Shown here: piece after piece, positions 1 through 9,242 of the stretch
Position numbering within the stretch: the first letter of the stretch is position 1
How the letters are laid out: every line of letters begins with the position of its first letter
Assembly: GCA_963794945.1 (NCBI GenBank)
Contig: CAWCFT010000012.1
Location: forward strand, 56,286 to 80,285
Direction: 5' to 3'
Length of the DNA: 24,000 nt
Origin: Endomicrobiales bacterium
Lineage (GTDB): Bacteria; Elusimicrobiota; Endomicrobiia; Endomicrobiales; CAWCFT01
Program-made: the position numbers and the translations under genes
The notes under the pieces: generated by a model
What the model was told of the DNA's origin: nothing
Databases searched by the model: none
Seen by the model: the letters and a program-made list of their open reading frames with translations, nothing else

Positions 1-293
1 TCAATGACGGCAAGAACCTTGTCGAAAATATCAAAAAAATCAATCCGGATATGATATTGCTTGATGTGTCGTTGCCTGTAGGGCCGGATGGAATTGAGCT
101 GTGTAAAATGGTGAAAAACGATCCCTCAACAAAAAAGCTTCCTGTGCTGATGCTTACGGCTAACGATAATTCAGGTGCTGTCGAAAAATGCTTCAGTTAC
201 GGCGCCGAAGATTATCTTTTTAAACCATTCAATGTCATCGATCTATCGTTAAAAATAAGGAAATTTTTAAGAATGAGCGGCAGGAACCAATAA
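1..293 (+). CDS. Response regulator receiver (REC) domain protein, 5' end outside window
   Basis: Frame 3 is open from base 3. The translation ...NPDMILLDVSLPVGPDGIEL...LMLTAN...GAEDYLFKPF carries the REC landmarks: acceptor Asp in LLDvsLP, T in LTA, K in FKPF. The stop at 291-293 overlaps the next ATG (TAATG). Confidence 0.85.
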   Translation, partial: NDGKNLVENIKKINPDMILLDVSLPVGPDGIELCKMVKNDPSTKKLPVLMLTANDNSGAVEKCFSYGAEDYLFKPFNVIDLSLKIRKFLRMSGRNQ

Positions 294-1786
294 TGCGCAA
301 AGTGGCGGGCTTGTTCAGTATAGCTTTTGCCGCAGGCCTTATTTTTTTGTTTTCCGGCACGGTTGTTCTGGCACAAAATGCAGGAAATGCGTCCGGAGAT
401 TTTCTAAAGCTTAACATTGATCCGGAATCGATTGCTCTCGGTGGCAGTATATTGTCCTTTAATTCCTCTCCAGCTGCGATGATAACTAACCCCGCGGCTT
501 TAGCAGATAATTTCCAGCCAAAACTCTCCTTCGCTAGTACAGTATTCGACGGCGATATCAAGTATAATTTTGCCGGCATAGCGGTACCGCTTAAATTCGG
601 TACAATAGGAGCTGGTGCAAGTTATTTAGACTACGGCGCCATACAAGGGTACTACGCTGGTTTTGTTACGTACGATATACCTCAGAGCGGTGAAACTGCC
701 ATAACTTTCAATTACGCGATCCCTTTAAGAACTGAAGTACCGGTACTGCGGGAGTACGGTTCGCTTGGGATGAACATAAAGTTCGTACACAGCAATCTTG
801 CTGGGTACACATCCGATGTTACTGCCGTAGATATAGGTGGAACCTGTAAAATGCCGTTCATCGCTGAGGGTGTGAGTTCTGCGCTTGTGCTCCGTAACAT
901 CGGCAACTCGCCGAATTATGATGTAATATCCGGGAACCTTCCTACTGAAACGAACCTGGCAGTAAGGTACGACTTGCCTATGTCAAACGATTTTTTTGCC
1001 GTGCTAGATGCTGGGTCCGATCCTGATAACAATTACTATTCGGCCGGGTTAGGTATTTCGCCTGTTTATCCACTAACAGTAAAATGCGGATGGAAAGAAG
1101 GCGGCGAGTCCGCGGCAACCGGTTTTTGCATGGGGTTCGGGGTCAATTTTAATAATTTTTCACTGCGCTACGCTTTGTCCCCAATGAAAGATATTTCAGC
1201 GGTTCAAACAATAGCCCTTGAGATTACGTTCGAGAGTTTCACAAATACCACGGCGGCTTATGATCATTATTTAAGCATGTATTTCGAACTTGCACGAGAT
1301 AAATACAACAATAAAGATTATATCGGTGCTCGGCAGATTTTCGAAGATATACTTTCTGTTTACCCTGGGCACCTGCCATCTAAAGAATACCTTCTTAGGA
1401 TCAACTCTGCACTGGACGAAATGGAACACCACAGGCAGGTCCAGGTTGACAGGTGGCTGAGAAAGGCCGATGTCGACATGGAAAGGAACGACATTATAGA
1501 AGCCAGGAAATACTACAGCCTTGTTTTGAACATCGATTCAGTGAACACGGAAGCATTGGCCGGAATGAACAAGATAAAAGACCTTACAGGCGAGCTGACA
1601 AAACCCGAAAGTGAACAACTTGACAAGGCCAAGATCACGAAACTGTGGGATGAGGCAGTTGGTTTGTATGATAAAAGCGACTATGTAGCGTCAAGAGAGA
1701 AATTCCAGGAAGTCCTGCGTTTAGACCCAAATAACAGAGAGCAGCAAAATACCTCAACGACATATTCGAACAACTTAACAGGATAA
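293..1786 (+). CDS. PorV/PorQ-like outer-membrane beta-barrel fused to TPR repeats (N-terminal 5/7 of a gene broken near 1740)
   Basis: Signal peptide MRKVAGLFSIAFAAGLIFLFSGTVVLA/QN. The motif GDFLKLNIDPESIALGGS...ITNPAALA resembles the N-termini of PorV/PorQ (and UPF0164) barrel proteins. Strand-like sequence runs to about aa 310, followed by TPR-like helices (YFELARDKYNNKDYIGARQIFEDIL, MERNDIIEARKYYSLVL). The last ~15 aa after LRLDPNNRE look out of frame. Confidence 0.55.
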   Translation: MRKVAGLFSIAFAAGLIFLFSGTVVLAQNAGNASGDFLKLNIDPESIALGGSILSFNSSPAAMITNPAALADNFQPKLSFASTVFDGDIKYNFAGIAVPLKFGTIGAGASYLDYGAIQGYYAGFVTYDIPQSGETAITFNYAIPLRTEVPVLREYGSLGMNIKFVHSNLAGYTSDVTAVDIGGTCKMPFIAEGVSSALVLRNIGNSPNYDVISGNLPTETNLAVRYDLPMSNDFFAVLDAGSDPDNNYYSAGLGISPVYPLTVKCGWKEGGESAATGFCMGFGVNFNNFSLRYALSPMKDISAVQTIALEITFESFTNTTAAYDHYLSMYFELARDKYNNKDYIGARQIFEDILSVYPGHLPSKEYLLRINSALDEMEHHRQVQVDRWLRKADVDMERNDIIEARKYYSLVLNIDSVNTEALAGMNKIKDLTGELTKPESEQLDKAKITKLWDEAVGLYDKSDYVASREKFQEVLRLDPNNREQQNTSTTYSNNLTG

Positions 1787-1857
1787 GTGAACTTCAAACC
1801 AGCGAGCTTTACAACAAAGGTGTTGAGCTTTTTGGACAGGGTAACTATGAAGAAGCA

Positions 1858-2454
1858 ATGAAATATTTCAGTTCCGTTGTTATTTCTGATCCGAATAGAA
1901 AAGACGCACAGGACTATGTTGCTGTTTGCCAACAGAAGACAGATGAGGCAAAGAAAAAAGCCGAGGCAGATAAGGCCGCATATAAAAATGTCAGGGTGAA
2001 AAACGAGATCGAGACCATGTATTTCGCAGCTCTGAAGCTTTACCAGAACGGCGATTATGAGGAAGCCATAAAGGCTTTCAATAAGACTCATGAAGCGGCC
2101 GAGAAGAGTGATTTTACTAAATATTCCGAGAGTTCAAAACATTACATCTCCGCGTCAAAGAATGCCCTCTGCGAACAGTATTACAAGGAAGGCAACAGCC
2201 TTGCGGCTGAGAACAAGCTTGAAGCGTCCGCGGAGTCATACAACAAGGCCCTTGAGTTGAACCTGGAGTTCAGCTCGGCAAAAGCTGCCCTTGATAAGGT
2301 TAATGATCAACTTGCCCAGCAATACTATGAGATCGGCATGAAGGCTTTTTCCGCTGGTGATACCGCAAAAGCAAAAGAATCATTTGAAAAGTCATTAAGC
2401 TACAAATTTGATAAAATAGAATCAAAGAGGGCGTTGGAACGCATAAATCAATAG
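1858..2454 (+). CDS. TPR-repeat region, continuation of the preceding gene
   Basis: TPR-like repeats are present (GNYEEAMKYFSSVVISDPNRKDA, NGDYEEAIKAFNK, AGDTAKAKESFEKSL). Frame 1 is already open from 1735. Upstream of the listed ATG it reads AAKYLNDIFEQLNRISELQTSELYNKGVELFGQ, which joins naturally to ...LRLDPNNRE of ORF 293..1786. Confidence 0.6.
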   Translation: MKYFSSVVISDPNRKDAQDYVAVCQQKTDEAKKKAEADKAAYKNVRVKNEIETMYFAALKLYQNGDYEEAIKAFNKTHEAAEKSDFTKYSESSKHYISASKNALCEQYYKEGNSLAAENKLEASAESYNKALELNLEFSSAKAALDKVNDQLAQQYYEIGMKAFSAGDTAKAKESFEKSLSYKFDKIESKRALERINQ

Positions 2455-2520
2455 CATCGCTTCATTCCGCTGTTTACATGGCGCAATGCCTAAATTAATA
2501 AATCCACAATGGAGGATATT

Positions 2521-3516
2521 ATGCCAGAATTGAGAAGAGACCCCATTATAGGAAGATGGGTAATAATATCAACTGAAAGAGGAAGGCGGCCTACGGACTT
2601 TAGGAGTGAGCCCGAGACGCACGGCGATAAAGGCTGCCCGTTCTGTCCGGGCAACGAAAAGATGACACCCGGAGAGATCATCGCTTATGGAGAACCCGGC
2701 CGTGGGAGGAACACGCAGGCATGGACCCTAAGAGTAGTGCCGAACAAATATCCAGCACTGGAAGTGGAAGGAGTGCTCAACCGGCAGGGCGAGGGTATGT
2801 ACGATAAAATGAACGGGATAGGCGCGCATGAGGTCATAATAGAAACGCCCGATCACAACAAGGAAATACCGGATCTGACCGATCAGGAATATGAAGACGT
2901 TATTTGGGCTTACCGTGACCGCATAATCGACCTTAAACGCGATTTCAGGTTTGAATACATACTTATTTTCAAGAACCGAGGTATGGCCGCTGGCGCCACG
3001 CTGTCGCACCCTCATTCCCAGCTAATTGCTACGCCAATCGTGCCCAAGCGAGTAAGGGAAGAGGTAAACGGCGCCAAGAACTATTATGATTACAAAGAGC
3101 GCTGCGGATACTGCGACATAATAAAGCAGGAGTTGGCCGTAGGCAGCAGGGTGGTCGCGGAAAATGATGGTTTCATCGCGCTCTGCCCGTTCGCGTCCCG
3201 TTTCCCATTCGAGATGTGGGTGCTTCCTAAGACGCACGACTCTGAGTTCATCAATATTCAGAGACATGAGGCTGCAAACCTAGCATCTCTTATGAAAAAC
3301 GTCATAAACAAAATGAACATAGTACTTGATAAGCCGCCTTATAATTACCTCCTGCATATGGCGCCGCTCAAAGAGCCACAGCTTCCGCATTACCACTGGC
3401 ACATAGAGATAATCCCTAAGCTGACGAAGGTTGCCGGGTTTGAATGGGGAACTGGTTTTTACATTAACCCGGTCGTTCCGGAAGAAGCAGCGAAATATCT
3501 GAGAGAAGCAGAATAG
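2521..3516 (+). CDS. galT: Galactose-1-phosphate (hexose-1-P) uridylyltransferase family protein, HIT superfamily
   Basis: N-terminus MPELRRDPIIGRWVIIS. Zn-site motif CPFCPGNE. Active-site motif SHPHSQLIA. GGAGG at 2511-2515 lies 5 nt before ATG 2521; the track start at 2509 is the alternative. Confidence 0.85.
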   Translation: MPELRRDPIIGRWVIISTERGRRPTDFRSEPETHGDKGCPFCPGNEKMTPGEIIAYGEPGRGRNTQAWTLRVVPNKYPALEVEGVLNRQGEGMYDKMNGIGAHEVIIETPDHNKEIPDLTDQEYEDVIWAYRDRIIDLKRDFRFEYILIFKNRGMAAGATLSHPHSQLIATPIVPKRVREEVNGAKNYYDYKERCGYCDIIKQELAVGSRVVAENDGFIALCPFASRFPFEMWVLPKTHDSEFINIQRHEAANLASLMKNVINKMNIVLDKPPYNYLLHMAPLKEPQLPHYHWHIEIIPKLTKVAGFEWGTGFYINPVVPEEAAKYLREAE

Positions 3517-3540
3517 GTTGTTAAAAAAATAAAGTGACCA

Positions 3541-3559
3541 TATTGCATATACTGCAATA
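3541..3559. repeat. Perfect 7+5+7 inverted repeat TATTGCA-tatac-TGCAATA
   Basis: Read directly from the sequence. It sits 11 nt upstream of ATG 3570 and has no T-tract after it. Confidence 0.5.
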
Positions 3560-3569
3560 GTAACTAACA

Positions 3570-4010
3570 ATGAAGATAGTCAATACTTTCGGCAGTTACC
3601 GTCATAAACTTAGAATTATCCTGCCTTTGATGCTGGTTTTATGCGCCCTATTGGGATGGGCGGTGTTAACTGCTGTCTCGAGAATTAACAACGAGTCAAA
3701 AAATGACAGTGTAGAGATATGCCTGGATTGGGACGAGGTTTGCAGCCTGTGCGCATTGAACAATTATGCCATAAGCGATTTTCTTGAAAGAAGCAGGGCG
3801 ATAGGCGTAACCAGTGTAGCTATTGCAGAAGAGAATTTGTCAACACTATCGGGGTCAGGGAAGATAATATATTTTTCCGGGCCAGAATATTCAAGGGCCA
3901 AGCTGCTGGATATTGTCGCACAGGGCGGCATGGTTTCAGAACAACCTGATCGCTTCGCAAGACCAGAGCAGCTTAAAATACATATCCGGTATTCTTCAGG
4001 CCAGATATAA
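3570..4010 (+). CDS. Polytopic membrane protein, N-terminal fragment (frame break at CAGAAC 3937-3942)
   Basis: N-terminal TM anchor LRIILPLMLVLCALLGWAVLTAV followed by a soluble domain. The tail after ...AQGGMVS reads as out-of-frame sequence and overlaps the next ORF. Confidence 0.6.
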   Translation: MKIVNTFGSYRHKLRIILPLMLVLCALLGWAVLTAVSRINNESKNDSVEICLDWDEVCSLCALNNYAISDFLERSRAIGVTSVAIAEENLSTLSGSGKIIYFSGPEYSRAKLLDIVAQGGMVSEQPDRFARPEQLKIHIRYSSGQI

Positions 4011-5295
4011 CATAAGTTCTAAAATACAAAAAGCCGGTAAATATTATCTTCTTACGCCCTCGGTGGACACCACATTCATCCCTCCATTTTGGAGCGAGAG
4101 CATGCCGTTAGGATTTTCAAGAGACAAACAACTCTTCTTGGCTACTAAAGACCTTAAGACAGTTTACAGGATACAAGATGCCTGCAATCCTGCGTGGATA
4201 AGTCAGATATCAACGGAGAATGTTTCAGGCATTATGTGGGACAGCCCCGTGGTGCCGGGTTATGAGGGAAGAGAACATGACCTTTCGGATATTATAAGCG
4301 AGAAACGGATCAAGTACATAAGCATGGAATTCTGCGCTGTGTCGGGGGAAGACTATGTCGAGAGGAGTATCCCCGGCCTTCTTGTACGAGGTCACCAAAT
4401 AAACGAAGCTGAACTGGGGCACAACCAGGAATCGGTTTTCTGGCTTTCCAGATGGATGCGTGCTGTAAAAGAAAGAAGCATAAGGTTCGTTTATTTTCGT
4501 TTCTGGAAGAACAGGTCAATCGAAGATAATATGAGCTATCTGCGTTCAACAGCAAAGAATTTCAAGGATGCCGGCTACAAGCTTGATACGGCAAACCCTC
4601 CGGATTATCCTTCACATGGCAGGCTTGGTTTTTGGAAAATATGCGTGTTCCTAACCGCTGTACTAATTCCGCTGCTGGGGCTGAAAACCGCTCTCAAGAG
4701 AAACAATTTCATGTATTCGTTCGCGGCAGTGAACGCGGTGAGCCTGTTTGGCGGAGTACTTATATCAGCGATGCTTTATGACGCTTATTTTATGCAGAAG
4801 ATGGCCGATGTGCCTATGGTCAGGATAATATTTTTCATACCGCTGATGCTTTCGGTGTTCATTTTGTTTAGGTGGGAACAATTGAAGAATTTCTGGAACA
4901 CAAGGCTCGAGATAAAGCACTTTATCATAGCCGCGGCCATTCTGGCGGTTGGGGCTGTATTGCTTATCCGCTCCGGCAACAACGCGGCCGAATGGATGAC
5001 GCCGGACCAGGGGTTGCGTGAGTTCCTGGAAAATCTTTTGTTCGTAAGGCCCAGGACAAAGGAATTTCTGATAGGACACCCTCTGCTGCTGCTGGGTTTT
5101 TATCTAAAAAATCCGTGGCTTATACTTGCCGGAATGGTTGGGCAGGTCTCAGTACTAAATACATTCCTACACGCGCACTCGCCGCTCGCGGTTTCATTGA
5201 CAAGAACAGTCTTTGGCATGATCTTTGGATTTATTATAGGTGTTATTTTTATAGAACTTTATAAAGTAATAAGGGCACATATCGTAAAGAAATGA
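3913..5295 (+). CDS. Polytopic membrane protein, main part (possibly the DUF5693-type partner of CsaB)
   Basis: A soluble region is followed by at least 6 hydrophobic helices (ICVFLTAVLIPLLGL, FAAVNAVSLFGGVLISAMLY, IIFFIPLMLSVFILF, IIAAAILAVGAVLLI, LLLLGFYL..WLILAGMVG, VFGMIFGFIIGVIFIEL). The stop overlaps the csaB start (ATGA). The family name is recalled from csaB neighbourhoods and not verified. Confidence 0.6.
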   Translation: MSHRAAWFQNNLIASQDQSSLKYISGILQARYNISSKIQKAGKYYLLTPSVDTTFIPPFWSESMPLGFSRDKQLFLATKDLKTVYRIQDACNPAWISQISTENVSGIMWDSPVVPGYEGREHDLSDIISEKRIKYISMEFCAVSGEDYVERSIPGLLVRGHQINEAELGHNQESVFWLSRWMRAVKERSIRFVYFRFWKNRSIEDNMSYLRSTAKNFKDAGYKLDTANPPDYPSHGRLGFWKICVFLTAVLIPLLGLKTALKRNNFMYSFAAVNAVSLFGGVLISAMLYDAYFMQKMADVPMVRIIFFIPLMLSVFILFRWEQLKNFWNTRLEIKHFIIAAAILAVGAVLLIRSGNNAAEWMTPDQGLREFLENLLFVRPRTKEFLIGHPLLLLGFYLKNPWLILAGMVGQVSVLNTFLHAHSPLAVSLTRTVFGMIFGFIIGVIFIELYKVIRAHIVKK

Positions 5296-6335
5296 AAATA
5301 CTTATTTCGGGCTACTACGGATTTGGCAATGCGGGCGATGAGCTCATCCTTGAGACTATAGCCACAGAGCTGTTTTCGAAAAGAGATGATATCGAGCTTA
5401 CAGTTCTTTCTGTAAAGCCGCATGAAACCTCCACAAGGCACAAATTACGAGCTGTCAGCAGATGGAACTTTTTCAAGGTGGTCCGCGAGATAATTCGCTG
5501 CGATGTTCTGCTCTCGGGCGGCGGCGGGTTGTTCCAGGACAGTACCGGGAGTAAGGGCCTATATTATTATCTGCTGATCATTCTATTTGCAAAGATACTC
5601 GGCAAAAAGGTTTATATTTATGGAGCCGGCGTAAACGACCTTAAGTACGTAAACAGGATATTCATCACGTGGGTGTTCAAGCTTGCGGACGGCATAACGG
5701 TTCGGGAAAGCGATTCATCAAACCTCCTTGTAAAGTGGGGGCTGCCTAAAGACAGGATAACTGTTACAGCTGACCCTGTCATGCTTAAAGAGGTTAATAT
5801 AGAAAAACAACACAGGGACGAGCCTACGGTTGTTTTTATACTGCGTCCTCCCGCTAAATCGAAATGGCGCGCTGAACTTTTCGCCAAACTGGCTGACGCG
5901 ATATGCCAGAGGCTCAAAGCTAAACTCGTTTTTATGCCTTTTCATCCGGAACACGACGCCGAATTCTCAGTTTGTGTGATGCACCTTATGAAGGCCAAAG
6001 CCACGCTGGTAAGGTGGAATAAATTCGATGATATCTATGACACTATAGGCAAAGCGGACCTTATCATAAGCCAGCGGCTTCACGGCCTCATACTAGCGCT
6101 GTTGTACGGGGTCCCACTTATAGGTATATCCGATGACGCAAAGATAGACCGTTTCTTAAAGGAACTTGGCCAAAAAAATATTTCACACATGACAGAAGAA
6201 AATTACTATTCTGTGCTAGCGGTTATACTCGATATGTGGGAATGGCGAGAGGAATTCAAAAAAACAGCCAAGAAGATCCTGCCGGATTTTAAGATGAGAG
6301 CGAAAAAGAACTCGGAACTGCCTTTTACCTGCTGA
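5292..6335 (+). CDS. csaB: Polysaccharide pyruvyl transferase CsaB
   Basis: MKILISGYYGFGNAGDELILETI, LLSGGGGLFQDSTG, YIYGAGV and SQRLHGLILALLYGVPLIGI match the CsaB/pyruvyl-transferase pattern. Confidence 0.8.
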   Translation: MKILISGYYGFGNAGDELILETIATELFSKRDDIELTVLSVKPHETSTRHKLRAVSRWNFFKVVREIIRCDVLLSGGGGLFQDSTGSKGLYYYLLIILFAKILGKKVYIYGAGVNDLKYVNRIFITWVFKLADGITVRESDSSNLLVKWGLPKDRITVTADPVMLKEVNIEKQHRDEPTVVFILRPPAKSKWRAELFAKLADAICQRLKAKLVFMPFHPEHDAEFSVCVMHLMKAKATLVRWNKFDDIYDTIGKADLIISQRLHGLILALLYGVPLIGISDDAKIDRFLKELGQKNISHMTEENYYSVLAVILDMWEWREEFKKTAKKILPDFKMRAKKNSELPFTC

Positions 6336-6373
6336 AACCAGCCGCTTCTAACAGCATTTACCGTTTTACGCTG

Positions 6374-6402
6374 TTTACAAATCAGCCCAAATATTCTATA
6401 AT
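6374..6402 (+). promoter_or_regulatory. Sigma70-like promoter (TTTACA-N17-TATAAT)
   Basis: TTTACA at 6374-6379, a 17 nt spacer, and TATAAT at 6397-6402, in the csaB/ftsX-like intergenic region. Confidence 0.4.
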
Positions 6403-7182
6403 TTGAATGTAAAAACTGTCTATTTTTCAATAAATACACAAATATGCCAAACAGAACCTCTTTTTAATTCAAAAGTAATGCTCGCTGTTGGAACGGTGTT
6501 CACAACGGCGCTGCTTGCTTTTGCTTTTAACGCATATCGCCAAGCCAGCCTTTTCAATAAATCCTTTTTACCTGAGGCCAAAATAGCGGTTTTCATCGCG
6601 CCGGACTGCAAGTCGGCACCAGAAGTTATACTGGAAAAACTCGTCAACCTTGACGGAGTAGAAAAAGCCGATTACATGCCAAAAGAGAAGGTGCTGGAAA
6701 AGGCTCAGTTTGAGAACTCTAAACTAAAGAACGTGATACTGTCCGGAGAAAACCCTTTTTCGCCATACTATATTATCACTCCAAAGACGGTCAGCGTTTT
6801 GTCGGCTCAAAAGCTTAAAGAGAAAGTGGATAGGATCGAAGGCGTTGAAGAGGCGGCATTTGATGATAATCTGTTTTCCGCTATAGAGAAAACAGGTAAG
6901 TTCGCTGACATATATAAGATATGCGGGAAGATAGCCGCAGCGGCCATTCTTCTTATCGTGGCGGCAAAATTCATTTTCAGATGGTTTAATGAAGAAGCAG
7001 ATTTTCTCGGCTATCTGTACAACATACTAATAGGGGCCGTTTCGGGAGCTGTAGGGGCAGGGCTGTTCTATCTTATAATTGCGGAACTGGCGAGAACGGA
7101 TGTTCTTCGGATGCCGGCGAAGTACTTCCTGTACCTGACTTTTGGCGGTATTTTGACGGTAATGTTCTGGGAAAACGATTGA
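6403..7182 (+). CDS. FtsX-like cell-division permease-family protein (reduced; start uncertain)
   Basis: Topology is TM1 (AVGTVFTTALLAFAF), then a ~130 aa extracytoplasmic domain (LDGVEKADYMPKEKVLEKAQ...ENPFSPYYIITPK...IEGVEEAAFDD), then 3 C-terminal TMs. It sits directly upstream of the EnvC-like and Ctp genes. The track's TTG start at 6403 abuts the predicted -10 box, so ATG 6444 (needs a frame correction) or ATG 6478 is more likely. Confidence 0.5.
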   Translation: MNVKTVYFSINTQICQTEPLFNSKVMLAVGTVFTTALLAFAFNAYRQASLFNKSFLPEAKIAVFIAPDCKSAPEVILEKLVNLDGVEKADYMPKEKVLEKAQFENSKLKNVILSGENPFSPYYIITPKTVSVLSAQKLKEKVDRIEGVEEAAFDDNLFSAIEKTGKFADIYKICGKIAAAAILLIVAAKFIFRWFNEEADFLGYLYNILIGAVSGAVGAGLFYLIIAELARTDVLRMPAKYFLYLTFGGILTVMFWEND

Positions 7183-8030
7183 AATACACGAATATCTGTG
7201 TTCTCATGATCATGTTCATTTCTGCGGCAACTGCGTACCCGACCACCGGTGGGCAGTACAAAAAGGAGATCGAGAGCAGTTCAAAGAGCCTTCAGGAACT
7301 GCAGAAGAGCATTAAAGAGAAACGAATAGAAAAAGAAAAATGCCTGCTCGATGAAAAATGCATTAGATCAGAGCTTTCAAAAATAGACAGGGAACTCTCC
7401 CGGCTTCAGAAAAAAGGAGAGGCGCTTAAGAAAGAAATAAAAAAATCCGAGAAAATGCTGGTTCAATCAGAAAAAGAGCTTAAGCTCGCGGGTTGGGAAA
7501 AACAACAATGGGTAAACGCGCTTGACCTAGAAGCGAACAAATGGTTCCAGGTTCACCACGGGTACAATACGCTTTTCAAGGACAACATAACCGAGCACAT
7601 GCGTTTTGAGGCGATGCTGCAGAAGAGGTCGTATGTAGGCAACGCTTTAAATAAAGAATCGATGTCCAGACAGGCAATATCGAAATGGCAGACAGCCGAA
7701 GCAAGGCTCGTCGAATTAAAAGCTCAGCAGGAAAAAACGCTTCAGGATGAAGCCGGCGCCAAGGATCAAAAGAAAGCGCTGCTCAACACAACTATAGGAA
7801 AACGAATAGCCGCTGAAAACGAGATAACAAAACTCACTGAAACATCCAAGGCCCTCGAGCAACTGATAATCAAGCTGGAAAAAGAAAGAAAGAAGACAGA
7901 ACTGGAAGCGCAGGAAAAGAAAAAATTTAAAGAAAAGAAGAAGCACCTTCCGTGGCCAGTAGCTGGAGAAATAGTAGTAAAATTCGGTAAGAACAAACAC
8001 CCAGAACCTGGATACGTATATAATATCTAA
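7179..8030 (+). CDS. envC: EnvC-like murein hydrolase activator, signal peptide plus coiled-coil part (frame break at 8002-8007)
   Basis: Signal-like N-terminus KYTNICVLMIMFISAATAYP. About 230 aa of Lys/Glu-rich coiled coil. LPWPVAGEIVVKFGKNKHP is the typical entry into a LytM/M23 domain. Confidence 0.7.
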   Translation: MKYTNICVLMIMFISAATAYPTTGGQYKKEIESSSKSLQELQKSIKEKRIEKEKCLLDEKCIRSELSKIDRELSRLQKKGEALKKEIKKSEKMLVQSEKELKLAGWEKQQWVNALDLEANKWFQVHHGYNTLFKDNITEHMRFEAMLQKRSYVGNALNKESMSRQAISKWQTAEARLVELKAQQEKTLQDEAGAKDQKKALLNTTIGKRIAAENEITKLTETSKALEQLIIKLEKERKKTELEAQEKKKFKEKKKHLPWPVAGEIVVKFGKNKHPEPGYVYNI

Positions 8031-8032
8031 CG

Positions 8033-8314
8033 GTGTCAAGATTAAGGCCGCCGCTAATTCAGAACGTTAAAGCCGTTAGCCGCGGTGAAGTTCTTTTTTC
8101 GGGGGAATTCAGATCGTACGGGCAGATGATCGTTATAGATCATGGCGGCGGATTTTACACTATATACGGCCAGCTTAGCGAGCTATACGTGCAGGAAGGC
8201 CAGAAAGTTCAGGAAGCGGCGGTTATAGGTAAACTTGGGGCCGATCAACCGATATTGTATTTTGAAGTGCGTTCAGAAAATAAGGTGGAAGACCCTGAAC
8301 TTTGGCTAAAATAA
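8033..8314 (+). CDS. envC: EnvC-like protein, degenerate LytM (M23) domain part
   Basis: VKAVSRGEVLFSGEFRSYGQMIVIDHGGGFYTIYGQL...VQEGQKVQEAAVIGKLG...PILYFEVRSENKVEDPELWL is an M23 fold. The metal ligands are lost: NGVKIK replaces HxGxD and ILYFEV replaces HLHFE, as in EnvC/NlpD-type activators. Confidence 0.75.
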   Translation: MSRLRPPLIQNVKAVSRGEVLFSGEFRSYGQMIVIDHGGGFYTIYGQLSELYVQEGQKVQEAAVIGKLGADQPILYFEVRSENKVEDPELWLK

Positions 8315-8351
8315 ATAAGTCGATAATTATTAGTGCTGACCTGGAGGAAAA

Positions 8352-9242
8352 ATGAAGGTGTTCAAGAAGATCTCGTTAGTGTTGTTGGTCGCGACTTTGT
8401 CGTTAAGTATCAGCTATTCTGTAAGTACGCCTGTTAAGGCTACGGTAGATAAAACCTACGAACAATTGAAGCTCCTTGTGGACGTCATGGGGCTAATACA
8501 GGAAAGTTATGTCGAGCCCAGGGACAGCAAGGTGCTTATAGTCGGCGCTATCCATGGCATGGTAAAAACGCTCGACCCGTTCTCTCAGTTCATGGAGCCT
8601 GAGGCTTATAAGGAAATGAAAACCGAGACCGAAGGCCAGTTCGGCGGGCTTGGTATACGTATATCGGAAAAGAACGACTGGCTGACAGTTATCACACCGC
8701 TCCCCGGCACTCCGGCTTACAGGATTGGGATACTTCCGGATGATAAGATAGTTAAGATCGAAGGCAAAAGCACCCAGGGCCTTTCAACGGACGACGCGGT
8801 AAAGCAGCTCAGGGGCGCACCTGGGACAAAGGTAAACATAACCATAGCCAGAGAAGGCGAGAAAGAATTGCTAGATTTCAATATTACCCGCGAAGTGATC
8901 AAGATCGAAACTATACGTTCAAAGATGTTGACTTCCGACATTGGGTATATTCAGCTTACGGAATTTAGCGCGAGCAGCGACAGGGATATGGGTAAGGCGC
9001 TTGAAGACCTTCAGAAGGCCGGCATGAAAGCGCTGGTGCTCGACCTGCGAAATAACCCCGGCGGGCTGCTTGACGTAGCCGTTGACGTATGCAAAGAGTT
9101 CATAGGTGACGGAAAACTTATAGTTTACACGCAAGGCCGCAATCCTGACAGCCGCAGGGAATATTTATCCCCGGGAAAGGCTCCTTATAATAATTTGGCG
9201 ATGGTAGTGCTTGTCAACAGGGGGTCAGCTTCCGGGTTCTGA
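8352..9242 (+). CDS. ctpA: S41 carboxy-terminal processing peptidase, N-terminal part with PDZ domain (frame break at 9236-9241)
   Basis: GGAGG at 8343-8347. Signal peptide [26 protein letters not shown]-like [52 protein letters not shown]. The ORF ends inside [10 protein letters not shown]. Confidence 0.85.
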   Translation: MKVFKKISLVLLVATLSLSISYSVSTPVKATVDKTYEQLKLLVDVMGLIQESYVEPRDSKVLIVGAIHGMVKTLDPFSQFMEPEAYKEMKTETEGQFGGLGIRISEKNDWLTVITPLPGTPAYRIGILPDDKIVKIEGKSTQGLSTDDAVKQLRGAPGTKVNITIAREGEKELLDFNITREVIKIETIRSKMLTSDIGYIQLTEFSASSDRDMGKALEDLQKAGMKALVLDLRNNPGGLLDVAVDVCKEFIGDGKLIVYTQGRNPDSRREYLSPGKAPYNNLAMVVLVNRGSASGF

